Source: Alloascoidea hylecoeti
Taxonomy: Eukaryota
Direction: 5' to 3'
Assembly (NCBI GenBank): GCA_001600815.1
Contig: BCKZ01000003.1
Location: forward strand, 1,351,474-1,415,473
Length of the DNA stretch: 64,000 nt
Of this stretch, positions 48,715 through 59,701 are shown in pieces. Each line of letters opens with the position of its first letter. Position 1 is the stretch's first letter. The notes under the pieces are model-generated. The model was given only the letters and a program-made list of their open reading frames with translations, was not told the origin of the DNA and made no database searches. Both the position numbers and the translations under genes were made by a program.

Positions 48715-50985
48715 TCAACGTCTCCATTGATTATCAGGCTCACCTCCCACCGAGCTACTTGAAGTAGATGTTACTGTTGGTGGTATACTCAAACTGGATG
48801 AACTAAAACTATCAGATATTTGATTTGTATTATTAAAACTACCACCAGATTGTTGTAAAGATGGTTTAGGATTAACGACTTGTAAATTTTGATGAATTGA
48901 ACTATCATAAGAATCTTCTGAACTTCTTGAAACAGGAGGTAATATTGGAATTCCAGATACTTTACTTGTTTTACCATTTGGGCCAATATAACGATATTTT
49001 GGATCATTTGGTTCAAGTGTTATTGTTAATGATGGAGGTTTAAAAAAACTAAAGAATTTTTTTAATTTTTTATGTTTATTTTTTGATTTATCTTTTTTTG
49101 ATAATTTAATAAGATCTTTTGATGATATTCTTTCAACTGACAATACTGGTTTCCCTGGTTTTTCATAAGAATAAAAAGATTTTGTTTTTTGTTTTTGGGG
49201 ATTATTAACAGTAATTGGGATATTTTGATTTTGATTTTGATTTTGTTTTTGATTTTGATTTTGATTAATTTTTGATTCTTCGGTTAAATCAAATGCTACT
49301 TTTTTATTGGGTGTTTGGTTATCAGTTGAAAAATATTGAGCGCTATCATGAGATGACATTGGGCTAGTATTAGAACTTGAACCTTGACTTTCCAACGAGT
49401 AATTATCATTTATTTTTTCTTGTCTATTTGATGATGATACTTTGGAATAAGACTCAACGTTAAGAGGAGTTTCTTGTTGTATTGAACTGTCATCCCGTGA
49501 TATGGTTCGTGTTATAATTATTGGGCTCTGATGACTAGATGATGGAGTAGAAGAAATACCACGATCACGGTCATTCATTGATAGACCTTTCCTATGTGAT
49601 CGTTTACTAGATAATTTCCTCATCAATTTTTTAAAACTACTTGTTCTTTTAATCTTTTCAGATTGTGATTTTTTATGAGTTATTGTTGCTTGATCAGAAG
49701 GTATAGGAGGCATAGGTTTTTCCATATGATTATTTTCAGAGATGTTTTTGTTATGGATATTGGTATCATTATAATTCAAATCATTAATATCATAACTTGT
49801 TATACCATCAACTATTAAATCCCTGGATTTAGTTTGAGTTGTAGTTGGAGTAATTTCTAAATCTTCATCATCTGTTTGCATTCCTATTTCTCTTTTTGAT
49901 GGTAATGGAGGAATCTCTTGAATTTTTTTCCTATCATGAATTGAATTCATTGCAGATCGATCAAATACAGATTTTTGCGAACGATAACTTGTTTGAAGAT
50001 TAACAGATCTTGTTAAAATAGGTTGAGGTTCTGTACCATTTGCATTACCACTATAATTTATATATCCAGGCGTATATGGTAAATTCATAACCAATGGATT
50101 GTTGTAATTATAATTAGGGTTTGCTTGTGGATTATAAGGTATTCCTCTTTGAAAAGGCATCGCCATTACATTAGCCATTGGATTTGAAGGATCGTATGGA
50201 ATTCCTTGAGTGAGTCCCATTGGTAAAACGTATGGAATAGGTGGTGGATTTTGAGCTTGAGTTCTAGGTTTATCATAATTGTGAATTTCCGTTTTCACCT
50301 GACCATTTGCATTTGGGTATTGAAAAAATTGTACCTGAGGCACTTGATTATGGGTTATAGAATCATCATCCAAGAAGAAATCCATAGACATTACTTTTCT
50401 TCTTCCTTGACCTTGAGGCATATAATTTTGAAGACCTTTATGCATACCGTCTGGATATGTTACTGTATCTGTAGAAAGTTGTAAGTCTCTTGTCTCAAAA
50501 TCTTGATCGTCAAGTGAATCTGTAGAGCTTCTTGCACCAGACGTTATTACTTGTTCCGCTACTACAGGAGGCTTTGAAGGTCGAGAATTTGAAGAAGATT
50601 TTTGATGTCGCATCGATTTAGGTGGCTGAAAGTTACTAACTTTTGCATCCCCTGTAGAACTCATTGAGGATATCGTAACCCCGTCATCATCTGGGACAAT
50701 ATAATCCTCAGTTTGATGTTGTTTTTTTATATTTAAAGATTTTCTATTAATATTCTCTGATTTATTTTTATTGTCTTGTTGTTGTTGGGGCGGTGGAGTA
50801 ATTATTACTCTTGATTTTTCATTTGGATTATTGGGGTCTGGAGATTTACGTACCAGTTTAACGCCGCCATAATAATGACGTTTAGCCTTGCTGGAATTAA
50901 GATCTGTGGCATCTCCAGGGATCACGACACTTCGGCCTGTTGAAGATGGACTTCCAAGAACACTTGCAAATGATTCGTGATACAT
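48715..50985 (-). CDS. Uncharacterised low-complexity (S/P/Q/N-rich) 756-aa protein
   Basis: Long ORF, largely disordered composition, no recognisable domain. Confidence 0.75.
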   Translation of the reverse strand: MYHESFASVLGSPSSTGRSVVIPGDATDLNSSKAKRHYYGGVKLVRKSPDPNNPNEKSRVIITPPPQQQQDNKNKSENINRKSLNIKKQHQTEDYIVPDDDGVTISSMSSTGDAKVSNFQPPKSMRHQKSSSNSRPSKPPVVAEQVITSGARSSTDSLDDQDFETRDLQLSTDTVTYPDGMHKGLQNYMPQGQGRRKVMSMDFFLDDDSITHNQVPQVQFFQYPNANGQVKTEIHNYDKPRTQAQNPPPIPYVLPMGLTQGIPYDPSNPMANVMAMPFQRGIPYNPQANPNYNYNNPLVMNLPYTPGYINYSGNANGTEPQPILTRSVNLQTSYRSQKSVFDRSAMNSIHDRKKIQEIPPLPSKREIGMQTDDEDLEITPTTTQTKSRDLIVDGITSYDINDLNYNDTNIHNKNISENNHMEKPMPPIPSDQATITHKKSQSEKIKRTSSFKKLMRKLSSKRSHRKGLSMNDRDRGISSTPSSSHQSPIIITRTISRDDSSIQQETPLNVESYSKVSSSNRQEKINDNYSLESQGSSSNTSPMSSHDSAQYFSTDNQTPNKKVAFDLTEESKINQNQNQKQNQNQNQNIPITVNNPQKQKTKSFYSYEKPGKPVLSVERISSKDLIKLSKKDKSKNKHKKLKKFFSFFKPPSLTITLEPNDPKYRYIGPNGKTSKVSGIPILPPVSRSSEDSYDSSIHQNLQVVNPKPSLQQSGGSFNNTNQISDSFSSSSLSIPPTVTSTSSSSVGGEPDNQWRR

Positions 50986-51832
50986 TTTTGTTAAGATATT
51001 CTATAAAATTCTTTTTTTGTCTCTGTTTCTTTTTTGATATTAGAGTTGGATATGCCTTCTCTTGGTTTGATATCGCCTTAACTGAAGCCGATATAATAGA
51101 TATATATGAGCTTGTAGCTATAGGGATAAATTATGATTATCGAAGGGATGAGAAGTTTTATTTGTTGGCAAGTAGAACGTTCACAAATTGGAACATGAAC
51201 ACTCAGGCAGGAGGCATTTCTTGTTTTGCAGTTGCACACAGCAATAAGGGAGGCAGGTCGTATATGTTGGAGGCTGTTCCAATATTCTCTCTGTTTTGCT
51301 GCTGAAATGCATACTGCTAGCTAGGTAATCATCTCTATAGCTATTGCTATTTAGTATTATGATTGGTTATTTTTTCAACAAATTCTATGAAAACCGAAGC
51401 TCAATTTCAATCACAAATTAATGATTTTTTAAAATATCATTTGCAGAACAATTATAATTTACAAATAAGGTTTACATAATAATTTCGCAATCAGTATAAA
51501 ATTATATCATCTGCAATTACAATTACAACTAGTAGTAAAAGTAAATGATAAATATTCTCTTATTATAAAATTCCATCATCATGATCATGAGGAATCAAAA
51601 TAAATATATAAATATATAAACAATAAATAAAATATAAATTTAGTAATGTAAATGTGAATAAATATTTAACGAAGCTTCTCACTTCGAAATTCGAATTCAT
51701 TAATAAAATAAATTCTATTGTATATAAAAACACCTGTTTAAAAAAATGCAAAATATTTGAAGTATACTTGTACTGTAATTATAATACATGCTTCAAATTC
51801 ATAAATAGTAGTAAATTTAAAAAATTTATAAT

Positions 51833-52729
51833 TTATGCCAGTCTAAGAAATGTTGGTTGCAATTGGCCTGTAATTTTATTTTCATTTGAGAAATCTGATT
51901 GACTATGTTCTAATTCTGGTCTTAACCAAGTAGACCTATTTTGTTTTTCTTTATGGAAACTGTTTCCTTCTAACAATGGCGTTATAACTTTTTGAATCTC
52001 TTCAAAATTATCATAACCAATATATGGAAGATTATTCTTTAAACAATAACGTTCCAATGATTCTCCTCTTCTAGCAAATAAAATATCTGAATGATTTGCA
52101 ACTGGGATATCTGAAATTCCATCACCAATCATTATAACCAATGGTTCAAGAGGATACTTCTTAGCTACCCGCTCTTTAAAAGCACTCATAGATCTAGATT
52201 TATCATGTCCTAATTCAGTATCATTGTGAATCCATACTGGAGTCCAAACTTCGCCATTACTATGAACTTTAGCATCATTTGAAATTATATCAATTTTAGC
52301 TGAATCTTCTTTACCTAAGAATTCATCTAAAACAGTTCTTAAAATTGGCTTAAGACCAGCAGAAATAACTGTAAAGTTAATATTTTTTCTTTGTGTAAAT
52401 TCAAAAAACTGTTCAAACTTTTCATCAATAATCATTGTATTTCCTAACACTTCAGCAGCTTCTTTTGGAGAGATATGTAATGTAGACCACATTTCTTCAG
52501 AACCTTTTTTAAATGAAACTTCACCCTCTTCAATTGCATCTGTTAATTTCTTTCTTGATTCCATTCCACAACCATGTGAATCAACAAGAACATGTCCTGT
52601 GTCTTGCATAAACATAGTTCCATCAAAATCAGAAACAATTTCAATTGGTCTGTTGAATATAAGAGTGTCGGAGTCAAGAGAGTCAGAGTCAGAATCAGAA
52701 AAGTATTGACTGTAATGATTTAAAGGCAT
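51833..52729 (-). CDS. HAD-superfamily phosphatase (YNL010W/PYP1, MtnX-like family)
   Basis: Motif I SDFDGT, VISAGL, LGHDKS, IGDGISDIP, LFARRG. Confidence 0.9.
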   Translation of the reverse strand: MPLNHYSQYFSDSDSDSLDSDTLIFNRPIEIVSDFDGTMFMQDTGHVLVDSHGCGMESRKKLTDAIEEGEVSFKKGSEEMWSTLHISPKEAAEVLGNTMIIDEKFEQFFEFTQRKNINFTVISAGLKPILRTVLDEFLGKEDSAKIDIISNDAKVHSNGEVWTPVWIHNDTELGHDKSRSMSAFKERVAKKYPLEPLVIMIGDGISDIPVANHSDILFARRGESLERYCLKNNLPYIGYDNFEEIQKVITPLLEGNSFHKEKQNRSTWLRPELEHSQSDFSNENKITGQLQPTFLRLA

Positions 52730-54884
52730 TGTAATAATAAGTGTATAATAGTAGTAAAAGATGATGAAGATAATAAATATAAAAGTAATATGAAGGGGGA
52801 AATTTAGACCTTTATATCCTTTTTTAGTAAAGAAGTTAATTATCGAGATCGTTTTTTGTTACATCATAATTTTATATAACGTATCATCACGAATACGGAT
52901 TCGGAAGTGTTTACGCAACGTTTGATCCTTTGAGATCTTTTATTTTTCTTTAAACTTGAGGTAAGCTTGATAATCGGTGTGCAATTCTGCGTTATTTTCC
53001 GATGAAGAATTAAGATTAACAAATAAAAAGTCTAAATACAAACAGAAATATAGTAACAATTTAATAAATTTTTAATAAACTTTTAATAACATAAATACCT
53101 CAGATTATTTACAAATTAAAGCATCATATTAAAATCAAACTAATAGCAAAATAAGATAATTTTTAGAAATATTTTAGAATATTTTAGAATATTTTTGAAA
53201 TTCTTTAAAGCACGGAAAGCAGATCAAACCAAAATAGTTACCCAATTTAGATATGCATATGCAGGGTTGCCGCCATCCAGCATAATCTCATCTCCCAGTA
53301 CGTCATAAATCCCTCGCTTACGTTAGGTAAAGTGATGTCATCGGGTCTTTTTCCCAACCAAACGAGGCAATAATAGTACTTTATTGGACACACGTGCTTT
53401 TTATTCGGTCCACTAGTTATGCCCATATGACCCGGTAACGGGCCCGCAATAGATCTACAAAATAATGTCTAGATCTCTGCTTATTGTAATATCTTAGTGG
53501 TTAAACCTCCTACAATCACTCACACATACAAAATAAAACAAACATAAATAATATCAGTATGAAATACACATATTTAACTATTATGCTTATATATAATGAA
53601 ATATTAATGAAGATCTACAGTTTTTATTTTGTTTCGACTTTTTAGATTTCTCCATCTAAAACAAAATCATATTTTTTAATGATCATTAAAAAGTCGTAAG
53701 GTGTTGACAACTTAACATCATTAATTATCAACTAGATCTCCGATATTTATCGGAGGCCACTTTAGTTTGGTTTGTTAAAACTTGTTATCATGCACATTTA
53801 ACGTTAGCATTATTGGATTGGCGGACGAGCGGTGATCACTAAATTTAATATTATGGCCATTCCTATGTGACATTCCGATATATCAGGATATTATATGATA
53901 GACCCCTCATCTTTTAAACAGGGTGTTGAAATCAATTGAAATGTTAATCGGTTACATAATTGGATATTATAAGGAATTTTAAACTTGATAATAAATTTTC
54001 ATTTGTGAAATTTGTAATATCGCGATTATGCAATTATAGGTCCCATGACAAACAGTGCCTTCAAGATTTGACTTTAGCTCAGCTCAGAAAAACGGATGAA
54101 TTACGGAACAACAATTGACATTCAATTCTCTTTTTATAATATAAATTTAAATCGTATAGATACATATAGCGTAACTAAGAATAATGGGTATGATAAATTA
54201 AATAATTCATAAGGTCTAAATAAAAGATGGGTTTTATATTAAATAATGAGAACAATATCAAAAATGAATCAATCTTGATGTCATATGCATATGTAGGTAA
54301 CTTGTTTCGTCAAAAAACTATAATTTAAGACTTTGACAGACGTTGGACTCGCATTTACGACTTTAATTATAACAATGCAAAATCATGAAGCATGAAGCAT
54401 AGTTAGGAATTTTCTTTAAATCTGAAAATTTGCATTAGATCGTTAGAAAGAGTAAACTATTCTTCATGATCAAGTTCTAATAATTTTAATTTTAAGAAAT
54501 AATTGTGAGTTCATAAAATGGGTGTCCCAAGCTTAGGTTTGACTAATTAATGGAAAGCCAGATGTCGTATAAATTTATAATTAGCGCTATCGTGATCTCG
54601 ACTTCATGGAATCTTTTATATTGATAAGATACAATTATAACTTTATATTTGAATTCTGGACCTTATCGTTATTGCGGGAATTAATACACTTTTCTTTCAT
54701 TATATTGATATAAAATTCTATTAAGATTTAAATATTGTTGGGGTATCGCGAATATCCCTTAATTTCAATAGCAAATAATTATAGAAAATATCAATTAACT
54801 TCAGGATATACTTTTTTATATGTAGGCTATAGACCTATGGTTATACTATACTTACATATATCGTTTGTCCACTAACAATCACCC

Positions 54885-55250
54885 ACAGAAATTAATACAT
54901 CAAAAAAGTTTTAAAATTTTACAAAATTGTGATTATCTATAAGGTTATTAAAATATAAGTATCATTAATGAGATGCAGGAGAATCTGGTAGTTATTTTTC
55001 TATAGATTTTAGAAGTCTTAAGCTTTGGTGTCACTCATCACTGTCACTAGGAGGAATACGTTGAGAATAAATGCGAAGAACATGTCTCCATCTCTTCGAC
55101 GAATTACACCTGGTGAGTGATACCAAAGACTTCTGAAATCTATAGAAAAATAACTATCAGATTCTCCTGCATCTCATTAATGATACTTATATTTTATATA
55201 TCTAATACATAGTTTTGTTAAATTTAAAAAACATTTTGATGTATTTCTGT
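54885..55250. repeat. Long inverted repeat (arms ~54885-55040 and 55111-55250, 70-nt spacer)
   Basis: 39-bp perfect core TAAAATATAAGTATCATTAATGAGATGCAGGAGAATCTG (54949-54987) complementary to 55158-55196. Pairing continues inward and, more loosely, outward. Confidence 0.95.
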
Positions 55251-56989
55251 AGGCATACCATTTCATGCATAACAGTATATTTATAATTGAAGTACATAAT
55301 ATCTGTGGGTATTTTATTGCATTCTAACTAACTTGGCTGAACTTGGTAACTATCTCTGTTAATTAACAATATCGATATTTCAATTACAATTAGTTACGGC
55401 TTTAGTAAACAAAATTATTAATATTAATATGATTGCTGTTTGTAACAAAAGCGTTTGCTTTTCAAGTGGGTAAAACTGTGCCAGCGTCTATAATACAGGC
55501 CAATAAAATCAATTCATTATTTTCTTCATTTTTTTGATTATATATAATGGTAAAAGGTCATTCACATTATTTGTATCAATAATATTATTGTGAAATCTCG
55601 AAAGTTAATATCACAGTCAAGATGTTAGAGTGGTATATGCTTTAAATTACAAGCGACTCCAATTATATGCATGATAAAATTTTTACTTAGAAATTTATAT
55701 ATTATATAGTATATACCGGTATATGATGATCAGTGATAGTCGGTCATTATGAATGACTACATAGATATAAATCGATAATTAATATAGTAGAGATTATATA
55801 TTACTTATGATGATGTTATTGTTCCAAATAGGAAACATATCTACGAGAAAGATCGTATATGCAATATTAATACGGTAATGATTTAGGGATTATTCTAATC
55901 ATTTGTAATATTCAAACTTCTACACATGACTATCGCATTTATATATTACTTATAGTTATATGTGACAAAATGTTAACTCCGATTAGGTATTTAAAACTCG
56001 AAATCGTTGGCTTGTAATAAGCCTTGTATTATACAAATTGGTTATATTGTCTCCTAAACATTCCTGCAGTTGATGATGGCCTGAACATTTACATCGCTTG
56101 CACTTGTAAATTTACTGTTTTGTAAATATTTTAATTATAAAAGACAATATCAATGTGTGTTAATTGAATATAAACATGAATAATTATTTACAATTATATA
56201 CTGAAGGCTGAAGCTGAAATTACTGGTGATATGCCAATAAATATTTTATTATTACGCATATGCTTATTGACAAACCGTTTACCGTTAATTATAATTACAA
56301 AATACGTTGAGTTATAGTTTTTTATATAAAATAATACTGTTGATAATGTTTGGTGAGTTTGATGAGTAACCGTATTAAGAAATGGAAAGGATAGACTAAA
56401 ATATATTCTCTTATACGATATGATCGATATCGAAATCGCTTAGAATTCCATAGAAAAGATAACCAGGGATAGCATAACAGATATCGCTGAACTAATTAGT
56501 TACTTTAATTAGTATATAATACTTATAATTATTCCCTGTACTATTCTGATTTCAGTGACAATTTCAAGATTTCAGTGTATGAAAGTTGAATGTAAGATTA
56601 TAATAAAAATATGTAAATGAACTACCATGGAGATCATTAGTTATATCCTTCAATTCATAGCTACAAGTTTGTACACGTGGGGGTCAATATTAAATTATAC
56701 CAAGTTTAATTTATCATTGTGGTACAAATTCAAATGACGTTATCGATTTCGAGGTTCGATCTAACCAATTAAGTCTTTGAAAAGAAGATTGATCTCGGCT
56801 TTTTAATCCATTCTTGTTCCAAAGATGTTCTTCAGATAATATATTTTAGATATAAAATTGCAATTAATACTCATTTTGGAATGAATAGTACTAGTTATAA
56901 GAGCGGTCCTATTTTAACCGGCTACATCAAGGCAACCGGCGACTCCAAAAATAAATATACTCTAAGCAACAGAACCAGGCACCGATCAT

Positions 56990-57100
56990 AAAAAAATGAA
57001 TTTATACCTGCGATGATCTATGCAAAGAGAAAAGGATTGACATCCTCTAATATTGCATCGGGGTTCGAGACGACTGGAATTTGGCGATTTAATCCGAGCG
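56990..57100 (+). mobile_element. C-terminal fragment of a pogo/Fot1 transposase
   Basis: EFIPAMIYAKRKGLTSSNIASGFETTGIWRFNP matches the (A)RxxAxTxxNIxSGFxxTGIWPFNP motif. Confidence 0.7.
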
Positions 57101-57777
57101 ATACAGGATCAAAAACAGGGAAAGGAGTCTCCAACTTTTACTTAATAACAAGGGGAACACATAGAAAGTTGTCAAGAGAATCTATCAGAATAAATAGTTT
57201 ATTAATACAAAATAGGTAGTTAATTCTTATTTTTTCGGTTATGTGGGTGGTTATTTTGGTGTTGGAAGCGGTGAAAATAGCAGGATATCAAGCGGAGTCC
57301 TCCATTGTAGTTCGCTTGATCAGACATTAAATATTCATTTAAATTCGTTTTGATTTGATATAAATATATTTTACAGTAAAGGGTATATTATAATTATGAA
57401 ACTACTAAATATTTAGAATTTTGGATTCAATATACAATATAATATACTCTTAACTAGATCCTCCAATTGCAAAGGTGTAGTAGCCTAGATACATTTGAAC
57501 AGCAAAAAAATATACGTATAAAGTATCTAACTACATTAATAATGATATTATACCGAACAAACCTATGAATTGAAACCATTTAAGTATTGTACAACTTTCG
57601 AGATTATTACTAACTATTAATAAGCATGGTGGTGTCTAAACAACTATAAGAGATTGAACAAAAAGAGAGAAAAAAAAAAAGAGAATATTAATGCTGTTAA
57701 TATGAATATCTATAGTACACCCCCGTTTTATTCATCATTTATGCTGAGATGGGCATAACATGAAACGAGTGTGATGT

Positions 57778-58782
57778 TTAGTTAACTTTTGCTTTTGAAA
57801 TTCTTGTTTTCTTCGAGTCATTATAAATCCATAACATATATGCTAATCTAGTAACCACAAGATCAATAGCCATTTGTAAACTGGCGGTTGCAATCTCTAA
57901 TTTCGAACCAGGGACTTCATGCCATGAAATTGAAACTTCATCAATAAATATATGTTTCCTAATAGCAAGAATCAAAATCTCAACATCGAAAATCCAACCT
58001 TCTGTATGCATATATGGGAAAATTGCTGATATTGAGGGTCTGTTAAACAATTTGAAACCACATTGGGTATCTCCAATTGTTCGAATACCAAATATATATA
58101 CAAGTGTATGAAGACCATACATGAGGAAGTTTCTGATAAAAGCACGCTTAACAACGGCTTCTGTTGTGACCATATGAGCACGGCTTCCTATTGCAATTGC
58201 AGGGATAACAGTGGGCTTCTCGTTTGATTGAGGTTTCTCATGCTTTTTGATAGAATCCACCAAGTTCTGGAGATCACTAAATTTGCTGGCCCCATCAGCG
58301 TCCGCAAAAATGGCATACTGGCCGGAGATAAAATGCATTCCATGAGTGACGGCACCACCTTTGCCTCTGTTTTTCTCGAGAATAACTATTCTGATCTGAT
58401 CTTCCATAACGCCTAGTTTTTTAGCCAAATCGAGAGCGAAAAGAGGTGTTCCGTCTTTTGATCCATCGTCCACTATCAGAATTTCCCACGTGTACTCAGA
58501 TGTTTGTAAAAACTGGACTGATTCCTTCAACATCGGCTCTAATCGTTTGACTTCATTATAACACGGTATCACAACTGTAATATCAACTGTTGGAGCATCG
58601 GAAAGTGTTGGAAGCGGTCGTGGTTTAGTTGGTTCGCCTGTTTTTGTGTCAAACGTAATATAACTCAGTTCTGAGGTGAATGGGGGACGAGGCGAGCGGG
58701 TCAGAAGGAAAATAACTGAATATCCCAACGAAATGAGTCCTATGAAACCAGCGATGGATCCAAGAATGATTTGCTGGCACAT
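57778..58782 (-). CDS. ALG5: Dolichyl-phosphate beta-glucosyltransferase
   Basis: Probable start MCQQIILG (TM). VVIPCYNE, IVDDGSKD, NRGKGGAV, FADADGAS, GSRAHM, DTQCGFKLF, WIFDVE, WHEVPGSK. Confidence 0.95.
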   Translation of the reverse strand: MCQQIILGSIAGFIGLISLGYSVIFLLTRSPRPPFTSELSYITFDTKTGEPTKPRPLPTLSDAPTVDITVVIPCYNEVKRLEPMLKESVQFLQTSEYTWEILIVDDGSKDGTPLFALDLAKKLGVMEDQIRIVILEKNRGKGGAVTHGMHFISGQYAIFADADGASKFSDLQNLVDSIKKHEKPQSNEKPTVIPAIAIGSRAHMVTTEAVVKRAFIRNFLMYGLHTLVYIFGIRTIGDTQCGFKLFNRPSISAIFPYMHTEGWIFDVEILILAIRKHIFIDEVSISWHEVPGSKLEIATASLQMAIDLVVTRLAYMLWIYNDSKKTRISKAKVN

Positions 58783-58965
58783 TGCTTTAAAGGAGTGTGT
58801 GGAGAGGTGATGATGATGAAGAAGAAGAAGAAAATGTTTAAGACTTAAATTTATACACGATGGTATGGCTGTAAGCCACATCTACACACTTTCAAATCTC
58901 CAATTGTGTATAAAATTTATATAAAAATTCAATAAATATTCATTACACATAAAAACTCGGATTAT

Positions 58966-59418
58966 TTATATTTTTCCAAGAAGCTCCTTTCCAATCTTCT
59001 CCAAGTATTTCCCACGGACCAAAACATCATCAACTGAGCATCCTTCTCCATAAACACACCCGATAAGATATGTTTCTTCCAAAAGTTCTCCACTTGTTAT
59101 AATACTCTCAGAATCGCTAGATGGGACACCTCCGGTCTTATCAATACGGGCTTGAACCCCATGATTCATTTGTTGTTTGTTCTTGGCTTGAAAAGTGATT
59201 GATCCTACTTTTCCAACTTTGAGAATTTCACTTTTTGATTCGGTATTTTCGTATGCTGATTGTAATTGGGACAGAATGTCAAATTGTTGTCCTTCAGAGA
59301 TCACCTTTCCATTTGATGAGGATGTAATCGGCGTTGCTGTTAATGATAACTGAGCCGATATCGTCGTGGAGTCCGATTCGCTTTTTGTAACTCTGTCTAA
59401 GGGGGACTGGTCGAGCAT
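58966..59418 (-). CDS. 150-aa protein, possible Roadblock/LAMTOR2 (Ego3/Slm4-like) fold
   Basis: Clean ORF with AAAATG context. ILSQLQSAYENT and YLIGCVYGEGCSVDDVLVRGKYLEKIGKELL resemble LAMTOR2 helices by eye. Confidence 0.6.
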   Translation of the reverse strand: MLDQSPLDRVTKSESDSTTISAQLSLTATPITSSSNGKVISEGQQFDILSQLQSAYENTESKSEILKVGKVGSITFQAKNKQQMNHGVQARIDKTGGVPSSDSESIITSGELLEETYLIGCVYGEGCSVDDVLVRGKYLEKIGKELLGKI

Positions 59419-59701
59419 TTTATAATTGAAGTGGTTGTAGATGCAGGTTAATTATTAGATGGTGGTGAAACCTCCAAAAATTAATGTGGAACACCCCACC
59501 AAAAACTACGTACTCCAAAATGAATGTGAAGATTAATCTAGAACATCAAAACTAGCTATAGTACAAACAATTTTTTATTAACTTTATACTTATTTCTGTT
59601 ACAGATAAAAATACAAAATGCTATGATATATAGTAATTCATCTAATAAATAACGTCCCGTTTCAAAGACAAAAGTCATCCAGTAACTTTATGTAATTACC
59701 T

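Noticed and set aside
52730..57777. 5-kb gene-free AT-rich interval as a centromere
   Set aside because: No diagnostic CDEI-II-III arrangement identified; similar gaps occur elsewhere in the window. Cannot be supported from sequence alone.
58783..58881. His/Leu-rich N-terminal extension of ALG5
   Set aside because: Derived from simple CTT/CAT repeats in the probable 5' UTR; the second ATG gives a normal Alg5 N-terminus.
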